A stretch of 64,000 nt of DNA from an uncultured Acidobacteriota bacterium (lineage in GTDB: Bacteria > Acidobacteriota > Vicinamibacteria > Vicinamibacterales > UBA2999), in assembly GCA_963773045.1 (NCBI GenBank), contig CAVYZT010000003.1:130486-194485 (forward strand), given 5' to 3'. The translations under genes and the position numbers were made by a program. This document shows positions 17,887-27,016 of the stretch, in pieces (the first letter of the stretch is position 1; every line of letters begins with the position of its first letter). The notes under the pieces are model-generated. The model made no database searches and was not told the origin of the DNA. It saw only the letters and a list, made by a program, of their open reading frames with translations.

Positions 17887-18810
17887 TTACTTCGTTACAG
17901 TGACAGTGACGTTCTGCGACGTGAACAACGAGCCGTCGCTGGCAATGGCTCGCAGCACGTACACTCCTGGCTCATCAAAAGTCGCGCGCACCGTCCACGT
18001 GTTGTTGGCCGGCGTCTCGGGAATGATCCATGGCGGCGACCACGGGGAGTTGGCGTAGGCTCGCGTGTCCGTCCAAGTCTTCATCTGGTCGGGATCCAAT
18101 CGGACGCGACCGGCAGGGCCGCGAAAAACGACCCACGAGAGCCGAAGGCCCGGTCCGCTCGACGCGACAATCGACGATGGCGGGCGATAGAGGGCCGCCG
18201 TTGCCGCCACAGTGGTTGCCGGCGGCCGCGTCTGACGTCTCGCCGGGATGTTGTCCGGATCTTTGGCGAAAGCCACCAAAGTCAACTGCTCGCCGACCTT
18301 GATGCTGCGACGAGGCTCACCTTCAAGCTCGAGGGACGGGGGAATGTTGGTTCGGAGCTCGTCTCGCAGGCTGCCGAAATCGCCGCCGACCTCGGTCGAG
18401 ATCACCTGCTTGTCGATTTGGTAGTCGCTCTTGAGCGACGCAAAGGCGCGCTCGGTCTTCCCATGCGTGGTCAGCGTCCAGATCAACTCCTTCGTTCCGA
18501 AATCCTTCGGCACGCGGACGGTGAAAAGAAATGGGTTGCGCCTGGGATAGAAGTGCGTCGGCTGCCCTTGATCGGGCCCCCCCGGCTCGATTTGATTGTC
18601 GGGGCCGAGGGGAATGTCGAACTCTTCTTCCCAGTTCGAGTTCATGTAGCCGAAGAACATCGTGAAGGAGCCGTCGTCGTTCGGCCACCACCCTTCGTAG
18701 GCAGGGGAGACGGTCTGGCCCTTGAGGTACATGAAACGCGTCTGCGCATCAGCGCCGCGCCCGAAGAGGACCAGCGCCGCCCACGCGACGAGAACGACGT
18801 AGACCTTCAC
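17887..18810 (-). CDS. Secreted hypothetical protein with C-terminal Ig/PKD-like segment, translationally coupled to the upstream cytochrome-domain gene
   Basis: I prefer the GTG start at 18810, which forms a GTGA overlap with the upstream stop and gives VKVYVVLVAWAALVLFGRGADAQ (signal peptide). The C-terminus YVLRAIASDGSLFTSQNVTVTVTK resembles Ig-like repeats. Confidence 0.6.
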   Translation of the reverse strand: MKVYVVLVAWAALVLFGRGADAQTRFMYLKGQTVSPAYEGWWPNDDGSFTMFFGYMNSNWEEEFDIPLGPDNQIEPGGPDQGQPTHFYPRRNPFLFTVRVPKDFGTKELIWTLTTHGKTERAFASLKSDYQIDKQVISTEVGGDFGSLRDELRTNIPPSLELEGEPRRSIKVGEQLTLVAFAKDPDNIPARRQTRPPATTVAATAALYRPPSSIVASSGPGLRLSWVVFRGPAGRVRLDPDQMKTWTDTRAYANSPWSPPWIIPETPANNTWTVRATFDEPGVYVLRAIASDGSLFTSQNVTVTVTK

Positions 18811-20276
18811 TGGTGTCCTGGCTTTGCCGTGGTTGTCTCGGTGACCACCGGCGGAGGAGCCCAGCACAGCGGACACCCGATGTCGTAGTCGTTGCGACTC
18901 TTCATCTTCTGCCGCCGCCGCGCCATCTCCGCCTGGAACTGGTCTTCGCTCAGCGAAACCGAGTAGCCAAGATCGATGAACATGTTGGCGATCGATCGGC
19001 GGCCGCCTCCCGCCCAGTTCCTCGCGTCCGCAGGATTCTTGTTGGCCGGAGTTGTATCGAGGAAGCCGATCAAGTGGACGATGGTGCCTTTGGGGAGAAG
19101 CGGGGCGGCATCGTCTTCGTAGACGTACTGTTTCACCCAGTTGTGGTCATAGCCGACGCAGTTGAGCGTCAGGATGTTGTGCCCCCAGATCGCTTCGAGA
19201 CACATCCGTACGCCGGGCGCGTGAAGATGCGGTTCGAACGCGACGATCTTCGTGTGCTCCTGCAGCGTCGCAAACGAATGCAACTCCTGGCCGGCCTGGT
19301 TGGGCTTCACGTCGATGTCGATGCCGTTGCCCAGGCGCAGCGTCGAGCGCCGGTACATCGGTTTGTAGCCTTTCGGGAAGAACTTGAAGGCGAATTCGAG
19401 ATGCGCTCTGGTGTCGCGGCCGTTCGAGTGCAGGTGATACGCGTCGAGCGATAAGGATGAATTCGCCGCAAGCAGCCTCCCGGCGGCCGCGGGGAAAATG
19501 TCGGCATTGCGGCCGACCTCGTGAATGGGCCAGCTCGTGCCGCCCTCGCCGCCGCCGTCGGGGTTCGCTTCACTCCCAACAACGCTGGAATACGTCATGT
19601 GATGGAAGCCGTAGCGCCCGCCGACCGTGCTGGTCGCACCGCCTTTGGGAATGTCGTTGACCTCTCGCACCTCGACGGCCGACACGTAGCGATCTTCGGT
19701 GAGACCGGTCGGTACCAGGCCAAGAGAGCCCCACTTGTCAGGGCCTGCCGCTGGCACGAGCACTTCGGCCGACCGAAGGATCAGATCGGGCTCCCCGATC
19801 GTCCACTTGTCGGCCTTGGCGAAGTCCCTGGCTGGCGGCGCATCGGCCGGATTGCCGCGGACCGCCCCGCTATCGGCCCATTTCGCAATCGTCGCAATCT
19901 CGACCTCGCTCAGCGAGGGGTCGTCCTTGAAGTGCTGGATGCCGATGTCCTTTTCGACGAACCACGGCGGCATCACGCCGGCGCGAGGCCCGAGTCCGGT
20001 TCGCAACTTCATCGCGCGCGCCCATGGCCGAACCTCTTCGTAGCTGACGAGCGACATCGGGGCGACACCTTCGGGGTGATGGCAGTGCTGGCAACTCCGC
20101 TGCAGGATGGGCGCGATGTCTCTGGTGAAGGTGACGCTTGCCGCGCCGCTCGATTGGGCCGTCGGAGCTGCCGGCGTCGACAGCACGAGCGCGAGGGGAA
20201 CGAGAGGAGCGACTCGCAAGGCCCGATTGACGAAACCGCCAGTGGCGTCCATGGAGATGCTCCTTTTTTCCGGCAA
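18807..20276 (-). CDS. Periplasmic c-type cytochrome domain (CxxCH) fused to a PHM/DBH-like putative copper monooxygenase domain
   Basis: Signal peptide, then FTRDIAPILQRSCQHCHHPEG, a PSCyt1-like heme-c motif. Downstream lie His225-His226, His281/283, His350-x-His352 and Met432, whose spacing resembles PHM copper ligands. The domain assignment is inference. Confidence 0.65.
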   Translation of the reverse strand: MPEKRSISMDATGGFVNRALRVAPLVPLALVLSTPAAPTAQSSGAASVTFTRDIAPILQRSCQHCHHPEGVAPMSLVSYEEVRPWARAMKLRTGLGPRAGVMPPWFVEKDIGIQHFKDDPSLSEVEIATIAKWADSGAVRGNPADAPPARDFAKADKWTIGEPDLILRSAEVLVPAAGPDKWGSLGLVPTGLTEDRYVSAVEVREVNDIPKGGATSTVGGRYGFHHMTYSSVVGSEANPDGGGEGGTSWPIHEVGRNADIFPAAAGRLLAANSSLSLDAYHLHSNGRDTRAHLEFAFKFFPKGYKPMYRRSTLRLGNGIDIDVKPNQAGQELHSFATLQEHTKIVAFEPHLHAPGVRMCLEAIWGHNILTLNCVGYDHNWVKQYVYEDDAAPLLPKGTIVHLIGFLDTTPANKNPADARNWAGGGRRSIANMFIDLGYSVSLSEDQFQAEMARRRQKMKSRNDYDIGCPLCWAPPPVVTETTTAKPGHQ

Positions 20277-20538
20277 CCTTACGCTCAGAATCCCCGCCCG
20301 TCAACGCGCCTGGGCTGCGGGCACCGACACGAGCCACAGGGAGGTACCGCAGGTCGCCCGGCGGGGTCTCGGGGAGCGACGCAAAGCCGTCGTGAGCCGT
20401 CGCCAGCAGTTCTGACGAGCCGCCTTCGGTTGATCCAAATCACCGAAGTCCCACATTTTTATCGACTTAGGACGATTGGAGCGGCCGAAGTACGCCGTTC
20501 GTGCCGTATAATGACGCAAAAGGGGGCTGAAGCGGCGG

Positions 20539-22986
20539 ATGTTCGAGCGGTATACCGAGCGCGCCAGGCGAGTGTTGTTCTTCGCCCGCTATGAGGCTAG
20601 CCAGCTAGGAAGCATTTCTATTGAGACCGAACACCTTCTGCTTGGGCTCATCCGGGAAGGCAAAGGCCTCACCAGCCGGATTTTTGCCAGGTCGCATCTC
20701 TCCCTGGAAAACATTCGGAAAGACATCGAAGGGCGCACTGTTTTTCGCGACAAAGTCTCTACCTCTGTAGAGATTCCCTTCAGCGCTGAAACCAAGCGCG
20801 TCCTCCAGTACGCCGCCGAAGAGGCGGACCGGCTCCTGCACAACTACATCGGCACCGAGCACCTGCTGCTCGGCATCCTCCGCGAAGAGCGCTCGGTCGC
20901 GTCGACCATCCTCATGGAGAAGGGGATGCGGCTGCACCAGGTGCGCGAGGACATCGTCCAGCTCCTCAACGAAAAGACGTCACTCACGCGCGTCAAAGAG
21001 ACACCGTTGCTTGCCGAGTTCAGCCGCGACCTGACCGAGGCGGCGATGAAGAACCAGCTTGACCCGCTGGTCGGGCGGGACTACGAGCTGGAGCGCGTGC
21101 AACAGGTTCTCTGCCGGCGGACCAAGAACAACGCCGTGTTGATTGGTGAACCCGGAGTCGGCAAAACCGCCATCGTCGAGGGCCTCGCCCAGAAGATCGT
21201 CTACGGCGACGTGCCGCACTTCCTCGCGGACAAGCGGCTGCTCGCGCTGGACATCTCGTTGATTGTCGCGGGCACGAAATATCGAGGGCAGTTCGAAGAG
21301 CGCCTGAAAGCGATCATGAAGGAGCTCATCGACAACCCGCATGTGATCGTCTTCATCGACGAGCTGCACACGCTGGTTGGCGCCGGTTCCGCTGAAGGCT
21401 CACTCGACGCCGCGAACATCCTGAAACCGGCGCTGAGCCGGGGTGAGATTCGCTGCATCGGCGCGACGACGCCGGCCGAGTACCGCAAGTACATCGAGAA
21501 GGATCGATCGCTCGAGCGCCGCTTCCAGGCGATCAAGGTGGATCCGCCGTCGGAAAGCGAAACGATTTCCATTCTCATGGGGATCAAGGATCGCTACGAG
21601 CAGTTCCATCGCGTCGAATACACGCGCGAGGCGGTCGAAGCCGCGGTGTACCAGTCGAGCCGCTACATCACCGATCGATTCCTGCCCGACAAGGCGATCG
21701 ATCTGGTCGACGAAGCGGGCGCGCGCGCCAAGCTGCGCGAAGCCGGCTACAGCGAAGAGTTCGGCGAGATCAACAAGAGCATTCGCGTCGCCGTCGAGCA
21801 GATGGAAAGCGCGGTCTCGGCCAAGGACTTCGACAAGGCGCAGTTCTATCGCGAGCAGGAACAGGTCGCGCGCGAGAACCTGCAGTTCGTGCGCGAGAAG
21901 TTCGACGTGCGGTCGAGCGCGCGCAAGGTCATCGTGTCGCGTGCCGAGATCGACGAAGTCGTCTCGAAGTGGACTGGCGTTCCGCTGTCGTCGATCAACC
22001 AGGACGAGGGCGACAAGCTGCTGCGCATGGAGGCGGAACTCCATCGCCGCGTCATCAGTCAGGATCGCGCGACCTCTGCCGTCTCACGGGCCATCCGCCG
22101 GTCGCGCGCCGGGCTGAAGAGCCCGAATCGTCCAGTCGGCAGCTTCATGTTCCTGGGGCCCACCGGCGTGGGCAAAACCGAGCTCGCACGGGCACTGGCG
22201 CAGTTCCTCTTCGGCAGCGAGAGCGCGCTGATTCGCTTCGACATGTCCGAATACATGGAGAAGCACTCGGTGTCGAAGCTGATCGGCTCGCCGCCGGGAT
22301 ATGTCGGCCACGAAGAGGGTGGTCAGCTCACCGAGAAGGTCAAGCGCAATCCGTATTCGGTGGTGTTGCTCGACGAAATCGAGAAGGCGCACCCCGACAT
22401 CTTCAACATCCTGTTGCAGGTGTTCGAAGACGGGCATCTGACCGACGGTCTGGGCAATCGCGTCAACTTCAAGAACGCGATCCTGATCATGACCTCCAAC
22501 ATCGGTGCGCGGTTCATTCAGAAGCGCGCATCGCTCGGCTTCCAGTCGGCCGACGCCGGCGACTCGCAGAAGAACGTGCAGGACATGGTGCTCGGCGAGG
22601 TGAAGCGCACGTTCAATCCCGAGTTCATCAATCGCGTTGACGAGCTGATTGTGTTCGAGGCGCTCTCGGATGAGGACCTGCGCAAGATCCTCTCCCTGCT
22701 GGTCGACCAGCTGAACGCCAACCTGGTGGATCGGCAGATGCGCGTCGCCTTGTCGGCTGAGGTCGCCGACTGGATCATCGACGTCACCTGCAAGGATCGA
22801 TCGTACGGAGCCCGCCCGCTTCGGCGCGCGATTCAGCGCTACATCGAAGACCCCCTGGCAGAGGAGCTCATCCGCGGGCACCTGCAGGGCGGGGAAATTG
22901 AGGTCTACCTCGATGGCGGCCAACTCGCCTATCGCCCGGCCCGAGAGGCCGTTGCAGCCGGCCGCAGGCTGACGTCGAACGTCTGA
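20539..22986 (+). CDS. clpC: ATP-dependent Clp protease ATP-binding subunit ClpC
   Basis: 815 aa, starting [24 protein letters not shown] (Clp N repeats). It has two AAA+ modules ([15 protein letters not shown]; [15 protein letters not shown]) and a UVR-like middle region. Confidence 0.95.
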   Translation: MFERYTERARRVLFFARYEASQLGSISIETEHLLLGLIREGKGLTSRIFARSHLSLENIRKDIEGRTVFRDKVSTSVEIPFSAETKRVLQYAAEEADRLLHNYIGTEHLLLGILREERSVASTILMEKGMRLHQVREDIVQLLNEKTSLTRVKETPLLAEFSRDLTEAAMKNQLDPLVGRDYELERVQQVLCRRTKNNAVLIGEPGVGKTAIVEGLAQKIVYGDVPHFLADKRLLALDISLIVAGTKYRGQFEERLKAIMKELIDNPHVIVFIDELHTLVGAGSAEGSLDAANILKPALSRGEIRCIGATTPAEYRKYIEKDRSLERRFQAIKVDPPSESETISILMGIKDRYEQFHRVEYTREAVEAAVYQSSRYITDRFLPDKAIDLVDEAGARAKLREAGYSEEFGEINKSIRVAVEQMESAVSAKDFDKAQFYREQEQVARENLQFVREKFDVRSSARKVIVSRAEIDEVVSKWTGVPLSSINQDEGDKLLRMEAELHRRVISQDRATSAVSRAIRRSRAGLKSPNRPVGSFMFLGPTGVGKTELARALAQFLFGSESALIRFDMSEYMEKHSVSKLIGSPPGYVGHEEGGQLTEKVKRNPYSVVLLDEIEKAHPDIFNILLQVFEDGHLTDGLGNRVNFKNAILIMTSNIGARFIQKRASLGFQSADAGDSQKNVQDMVLGEVKRTFNPEFINRVDELIVFEALSDEDLRKILSLLVDQLNANLVDRQMRVALSAEVADWIIDVTCKDRSYGARPLRRAIQRYIEDPLAEELIRGHLQGGEIEVYLDGGQLAYRPAREAVAAGRRLTSNV

Positions 22987-23031
22987 ACCTACGGTAGGAT
23001 AGGTAGTTCGTTCCAGAGCCTGCGCCTGCAT

Positions 23032-25746
23032 TTGTACGTTGGTACCTTTGTGACTTTTGCGATTCTCGCGTTGACGGCGGCCGCAGTAGCGGCAACTCCA
23101 CAGGAGCCAACGGTCCTCGCTCAAGGGCTGATCGCTGCCAGTCAGGCTGTACAGGCGGACAGCAACCCGCAGGCTCCGGCTCAGCCGCAGGAACCGGCAG
23201 CACCGCCGGCGCAAACTCCGACCCGAATGCCTCCCGCCGGTTCGGCCACGGTCATTCGCACGACCGAGCTGCGATTCCATCCCGTCAACGAGTCGCTGAT
23301 CGAAGCGTCGACCTATCTGTATTACATCCAGACGCCCCTTAGCCGTCCGGCTGAGGGGGTGTGGGTGCCGTATACGGATGTGATTGAACGATCGCTGTTG
23401 GATGACTTCAAGCGTCTATGGGCGACGAACTTCCTCGACAACCTGTGGATCGAGACGGTCGACGATCCGTTCCCCAATGGCGTGCAGGGCAAGCGGATCA
23501 TCTACCACATGGAAGAGCGGCCCCGCGTCAAGATCGTGGACTACACCGGCTCGACCAAGGTCGAGCGCACGAAGGTCGACGAGAAGATGAAAGAGGCCGG
23601 CGTGTCGCTGCGGCTCGACTCGTTCCTCGACGAAGGCGTGGTCCGCCGCGTCAAGGGCATCGTCAAGTCGCTGATGTCCGAGAAGGGCTACGAGTTTGCC
23701 GAGGTGAATTCGTCGGTCGAGGCGCTGCCGAGCGGACCCAAGCTGGTCAAGGTGGTCTTCGACATCAAAGAAGGCCCGAAAGTCAAAGTGCGGGCGCTCA
23801 ACTTCGTCGGCAACACGGCGGTGAGCGACGGCGCGCTCAGCAAACAGATGAAGTCGACCAAGGCGCACGGGTGGTTGTCGTGGATCACTGGGAAGGGCAC
23901 TTACCAGGAATCCAAGTTCGAGGAAGACGCCGACAAGGTCGTCGAGTACTACCGGAACAAGGGCTACATCCAGGCGCGCGTCGGCCGGCCCGAAATGAAG
24001 ACGCTCGAGGACAGCAAGGACAAGGAAACACGTTGGGTGCAGCTCGACATTCCGGTGGACGAAGGTCCGCGCTACCGCGTCGGTGAGTTCAACTTCGACG
24101 GCAACAAGGTCGTCAAGTCCGAATTCCTGCGTCCGCTCTTCAAGCTGAAGACGGGCGACTGGTACGCCGAGAGCGCCATCCGCAAGGGCCTGGAGAAGGC
24201 GCGCGAAGTGTATGGCTCCGGCGGCTATTTCGAGTTCACCGGCTATCCGGATCTCGAACCAGTGGCCGCGGCCGAAGGCCCGATCGCCGGCCCGGCGGTG
24301 CCGACCGTCAAGGTGACGATGCGCATGCAGGAAGGCGAGATGTACTTCGTCAACCGCATCACCTTCGTCGGCAATACGACGACGCGTGACAACGTCGTGC
24401 GCCGCGAACTGCGACTGGTCGAAGGCGGACCGTTCAACACGGAGGCGCTCAAGTTCAGCGTGAAGCGTCTGAACCAGCTCGGCTACTTCAAGCCGCTCGA
24501 GAACGGCGCGGGCATCGACGTCCAGAAGACGCCGAACGAGAAGAATCAGGTGGACGTCACGCTCAAGCTCGAAGAGCAGAACCGCAACCAGCTCACCTTT
24601 GGCGCGGGCGTGTCGCAGTTCGAAGGGTTCTTCGGGCAGTTGTCGTTCTCGACGTCGAACTTCCTCGGCCGTGGCGAAGCCCTCACGCTGTCGCTGCAGG
24701 CCGGGTCCCGGTCCGAGAACTACCAGCTCTCGTTCAGCGAGCCGTTCCTGTTCGATCGCGCCATCACCGGCGGCGCCGACGTCTATCGGCGAACGATTCG
24801 CTTCATCGATCAGTTCACGCAGCAGTCGACCGGCGGCAACCTCACCACCGGCTTCCCATTGGCCGGCTTCTCGCGGATGTACTTCACCTACAGCTTCGAG
24901 GGCACGACGGTCAGCGATCTCAATCCGATCTACTACTCGCCTGAGATCCTGCAGCGGAATCCGTACCTCAGAGACTCGTTGCTGATCGGCGAAGGCGGCA
25001 AGCGCACCGTGAGCAAGGTGACTCCCAGCTTCGTTCACAACACCGTCGACAATCCGATCTTCCCGAACACGGGCAAGCGGGTCACCATGTCGATGGACTT
25101 CGCCGGACTGGGCGGCAACACGAACTTCCTGAAGCCGCGCCTCGAGGACTCGCAGTTCATGCAGCACACGCGCCGGACGTCGTTCGGATACCGCGGGCAG
25201 ATTGAATACATCCGGCCGTTCGGCAGCACGACCTTCCTGCCGATCACCGAGACGCTCTTCCAGGGCGGTGAGTACACCATTCGCGGCTACGACATTCGTT
25301 CGGTCGGTCCCCGCGATCAGAACGGTCTGGTGCTCGGCGGCAACAAGAGCCTCCTGTTCAACGTGGAGTATCTGATCTCGATAGCCGGCCCGGTTCGGCT
25401 GGTACTGTTCTACGACGCCGGCCAGGTGAAAGCGCAAGGCGTGCCCTTCAGCTGGAAGGAGGACATCACCAAGACCGTCTTCCCGAGCGCGCCGATTCTC
25501 GTCGACCCGTTTGCCACCGTCACGCTGATCGATCCCAATGCGCCCGGTCCGGAAGTCGTCGTGACCGGTCAAACCAACGCCTTCAAGACCTCGACCGGCG
25601 CCGAAATCCGCTTTTTCATGCCCGTCTTGAATGTGCCCTTCCGGTTGATCTTCGCGATGAATCCGTCGCGAGTGGGCGTCTACGACAACAACCTCCAGCC
25701 GGCGAAGAAATACACCTTCAAGTTTGCCGTCGGCTCGACCTTCTAA
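23032..25746 (+). CDS. bamA: Outer membrane protein assembly factor BamA
   Basis: 904 aa, with repeated POTRA-like segments (VKIVDYTGSTKV..., VRALNFVGNTAVSD..., INRITFVGNTTTRDNVVRREL) and a C-terminal Omp85 barrel ending ...FKFAVGSTF. The TTG start is uncertain. Confidence 0.9.
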   Translation: MYVGTFVTFAILALTAAAVAATPQEPTVLAQGLIAASQAVQADSNPQAPAQPQEPAAPPAQTPTRMPPAGSATVIRTTELRFHPVNESLIEASTYLYYIQTPLSRPAEGVWVPYTDVIERSLLDDFKRLWATNFLDNLWIETVDDPFPNGVQGKRIIYHMEERPRVKIVDYTGSTKVERTKVDEKMKEAGVSLRLDSFLDEGVVRRVKGIVKSLMSEKGYEFAEVNSSVEALPSGPKLVKVVFDIKEGPKVKVRALNFVGNTAVSDGALSKQMKSTKAHGWLSWITGKGTYQESKFEEDADKVVEYYRNKGYIQARVGRPEMKTLEDSKDKETRWVQLDIPVDEGPRYRVGEFNFDGNKVVKSEFLRPLFKLKTGDWYAESAIRKGLEKAREVYGSGGYFEFTGYPDLEPVAAAEGPIAGPAVPTVKVTMRMQEGEMYFVNRITFVGNTTTRDNVVRRELRLVEGGPFNTEALKFSVKRLNQLGYFKPLENGAGIDVQKTPNEKNQVDVTLKLEEQNRNQLTFGAGVSQFEGFFGQLSFSTSNFLGRGEALTLSLQAGSRSENYQLSFSEPFLFDRAITGGADVYRRTIRFIDQFTQQSTGGNLTTGFPLAGFSRMYFTYSFEGTTVSDLNPIYYSPEILQRNPYLRDSLLIGEGGKRTVSKVTPSFVHNTVDNPIFPNTGKRVTMSMDFAGLGGNTNFLKPRLEDSQFMQHTRRTSFGYRGQIEYIRPFGSTTFLPITETLFQGGEYTIRGYDIRSVGPRDQNGLVLGGNKSLLFNVEYLISIAGPVRLVLFYDAGQVKAQGVPFSWKEDITKTVFPSAPILVDPFATVTLIDPNAPGPEVVVTGQTNAFKTSTGAEIRFFMPVLNVPFRLIFAMNPSRVGVYDNNLQPAKKYTFKFAVGSTF

Positions 25747-26175
25747 GTGAAAGCATTGTTCATGCGAGTCAGCATCGCCCCAATCGCGCTCGTACTTCCG
25801 TTGGCCCTGATCATGATGGGCTGTGGCGACGACAACCCCGTCAGTATTCCCACGACCCCGACCCAGCCGACGGTCACCGAGACATTCACCGGCACGCTCA
25901 ACATCAACGGCGCGATCACCCACAGTTTCGTGGCGAACTCCTTCGGCACCGTGACCTCCACGCTCACGGTCGTGACGCCCGATACCGTACTGGGCATGGC
26001 GCTTGGGACTTGGAATGGCATCAGTTGTCAGTTGATCATCACGGCCGACAAGGCGGCGCTCAACACGTCGGTGACCGGCGGCGTGACGACGATTGGCAAC
26101 CTGTGCGTCAGGTTGTACGACGTCGGCAGTCTCACCGAGGCGACCTCGTACGAAGTCCAGGTTGTACATCCTTAG
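25747..26175 (+). CDS. Small lipoprotein of unknown function between bamA and skp
   Basis: Lipobox LIMMGCGDD. The mature part is Thr/Val-rich and beta-type. The gene starts directly after the bamA stop. Confidence 0.55.
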   Translation: MKALFMRVSIAPIALVLPLALIMMGCGDDNPVSIPTTPTQPTVTETFTGTLNINGAITHSFVANSFGTVTSTLTVVTPDTVLGMALGTWNGISCQLIITADKAALNTSVTGGVTTIGNLCVRLYDVGSLTEATSYEVQVVHP

Positions 26176-26317
26176 TGGCGTCGATCGCGAGCGGCGCGCC
26201 ACTGTCCACCCGCGCAGAATTGGGAAGGGGAGCGAATCGCCGAACGGCAGGGTGCTCCTGTCTCGGAACTGGTGTAGAATCACCAACTTGGCGTTATCTA
26301 TGAAAGGACCCACGGTA

Positions 26318-27016
26318 ATGAAAGCCCTTGTTGTTGCGGCCGCATTCGGCGTGCTCTTGGCGGCGTCTCCCACCTTCGCGCAGGCTCCGGCGCAAGCTCC
26401 CGCACAGACCCCGCCCAAACCGGCCGCACCCCAGACTCCGGCGCCCGCACCGCCTGCACCGGCGGTGCCACCAGCCGCAGCGCCGGCGCCGGGTCCGCCC
26501 CGAGAATTTCCGGCTGGCGCGAAAATCGCCTACGTCGTCCTTCAGCGTATCGCCAACGAGTCGGCCGATGGCCGCGTGGCGACGACCCGCATCCAGGCGC
26601 TTCAACAGAAGAAGGCGGCTGAGTTGAACGAGAAGCAAAAGGCCCTGACGACGGCGCAGCAGAAGCTCGACAAAGAAGGCTCGGTGATGAGCCTCAACGC
26701 GCAGGGCGATCTGCAGAAGCAGATCGAGCGGCTGAACCTCGAGGTTCAGCGGTTCACCCAGGACGCGCAGCAGGAGGTTCAGGAGTTGCAGCAGCAGCTC
26801 CAGACCGAATTCCAGCAGCGCCTCGAGCCGGTCCTCCAAGCCGTGGCTCAGGAAAAGGGCCTGCAGTTCGTCTTCAACGGACCCGACGCGGGCCTGGTTT
26901 GGGCCGACTCCGCATTGGACATCTCGACCGACGTCATTCGCCGCCTTGACGCCGCCAAGCCGCCGGCCGCCCCGGCGAAACCGCCGGCTGCGCCCACCAA
27001 GCCACCCGGACGGTGA
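26318..27016 (+). CDS. skp: OmpH/Skp family periplasmic chaperone with Pro/Ala-rich N- and C-terminal tails
   Basis: The internal ATG of ORF 26093..27016 gives MKALVVAAAFGVLLAASPTFAQ. A coiled-coil core (QALQQKKAAELNEKQKALTTAQQKLDKE...) follows. The position after bamA is canonical. Confidence 0.8.
   Translation: MKALVVAAAFGVLLAASPTFAQAPAQAPAQTPPKPAAPQTPAPAPPAPAVPPAAAPAPGPPREFPAGAKIAYVVLQRIANESADGRVATTRIQALQQKKAAELNEKQKALTTAQQKLDKEGSVMSLNAQGDLQKQIERLNLEVQRFTQDAQQEVQELQQQLQTEFQQRLEPVLQAVAQEKGLQFVFNGPDAGLVWADSALDISTDVIRRLDAAKPPAAPAKPPAAPTKPPGR

Noticed and set aside
17828-18058. Short ORFs starting with (V/L)P(K/R) repeats: MPRVPKVPAVPKVP here, and the first about 21 codons of ORF 48162..48920.
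   Set aside because: They are translations of the GGTGCC nonamer arrays. For the DUF374 gene I keep the ORF but flag a probable downstream start at GTG 48225.
20507-20512. TATAAT hexamer 27 nt upstream of the clpC ATG as the clpC promoter -10 element.
   Set aside because: No acceptable -35 lies at 16-19 nt spacing; the best candidates are gccgaa and ggccga. No CtsR or CIRCE-like operator was recognised. This is too weak to call.
23416-26418. A 1000-aa minus-strand ORF antisense to bamA. Similar long shadow ORFs occur at 52022..53464 and 53513..54517 (antisense to leuS), 43102..44409 (fabF), 49210..50529, 48012..48980, 39300..40424, 46501..47649, 5948..6760 and 7689..8672.
   Set aside because: These are typical GC-rich-genome shadow frames. 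They are Arg/Ala/Gly/Pro/Asp-rich low-complexity translations with no recognisable motifs. Each is fully overlapped by a gene with unambiguous family signatures on the other strand.
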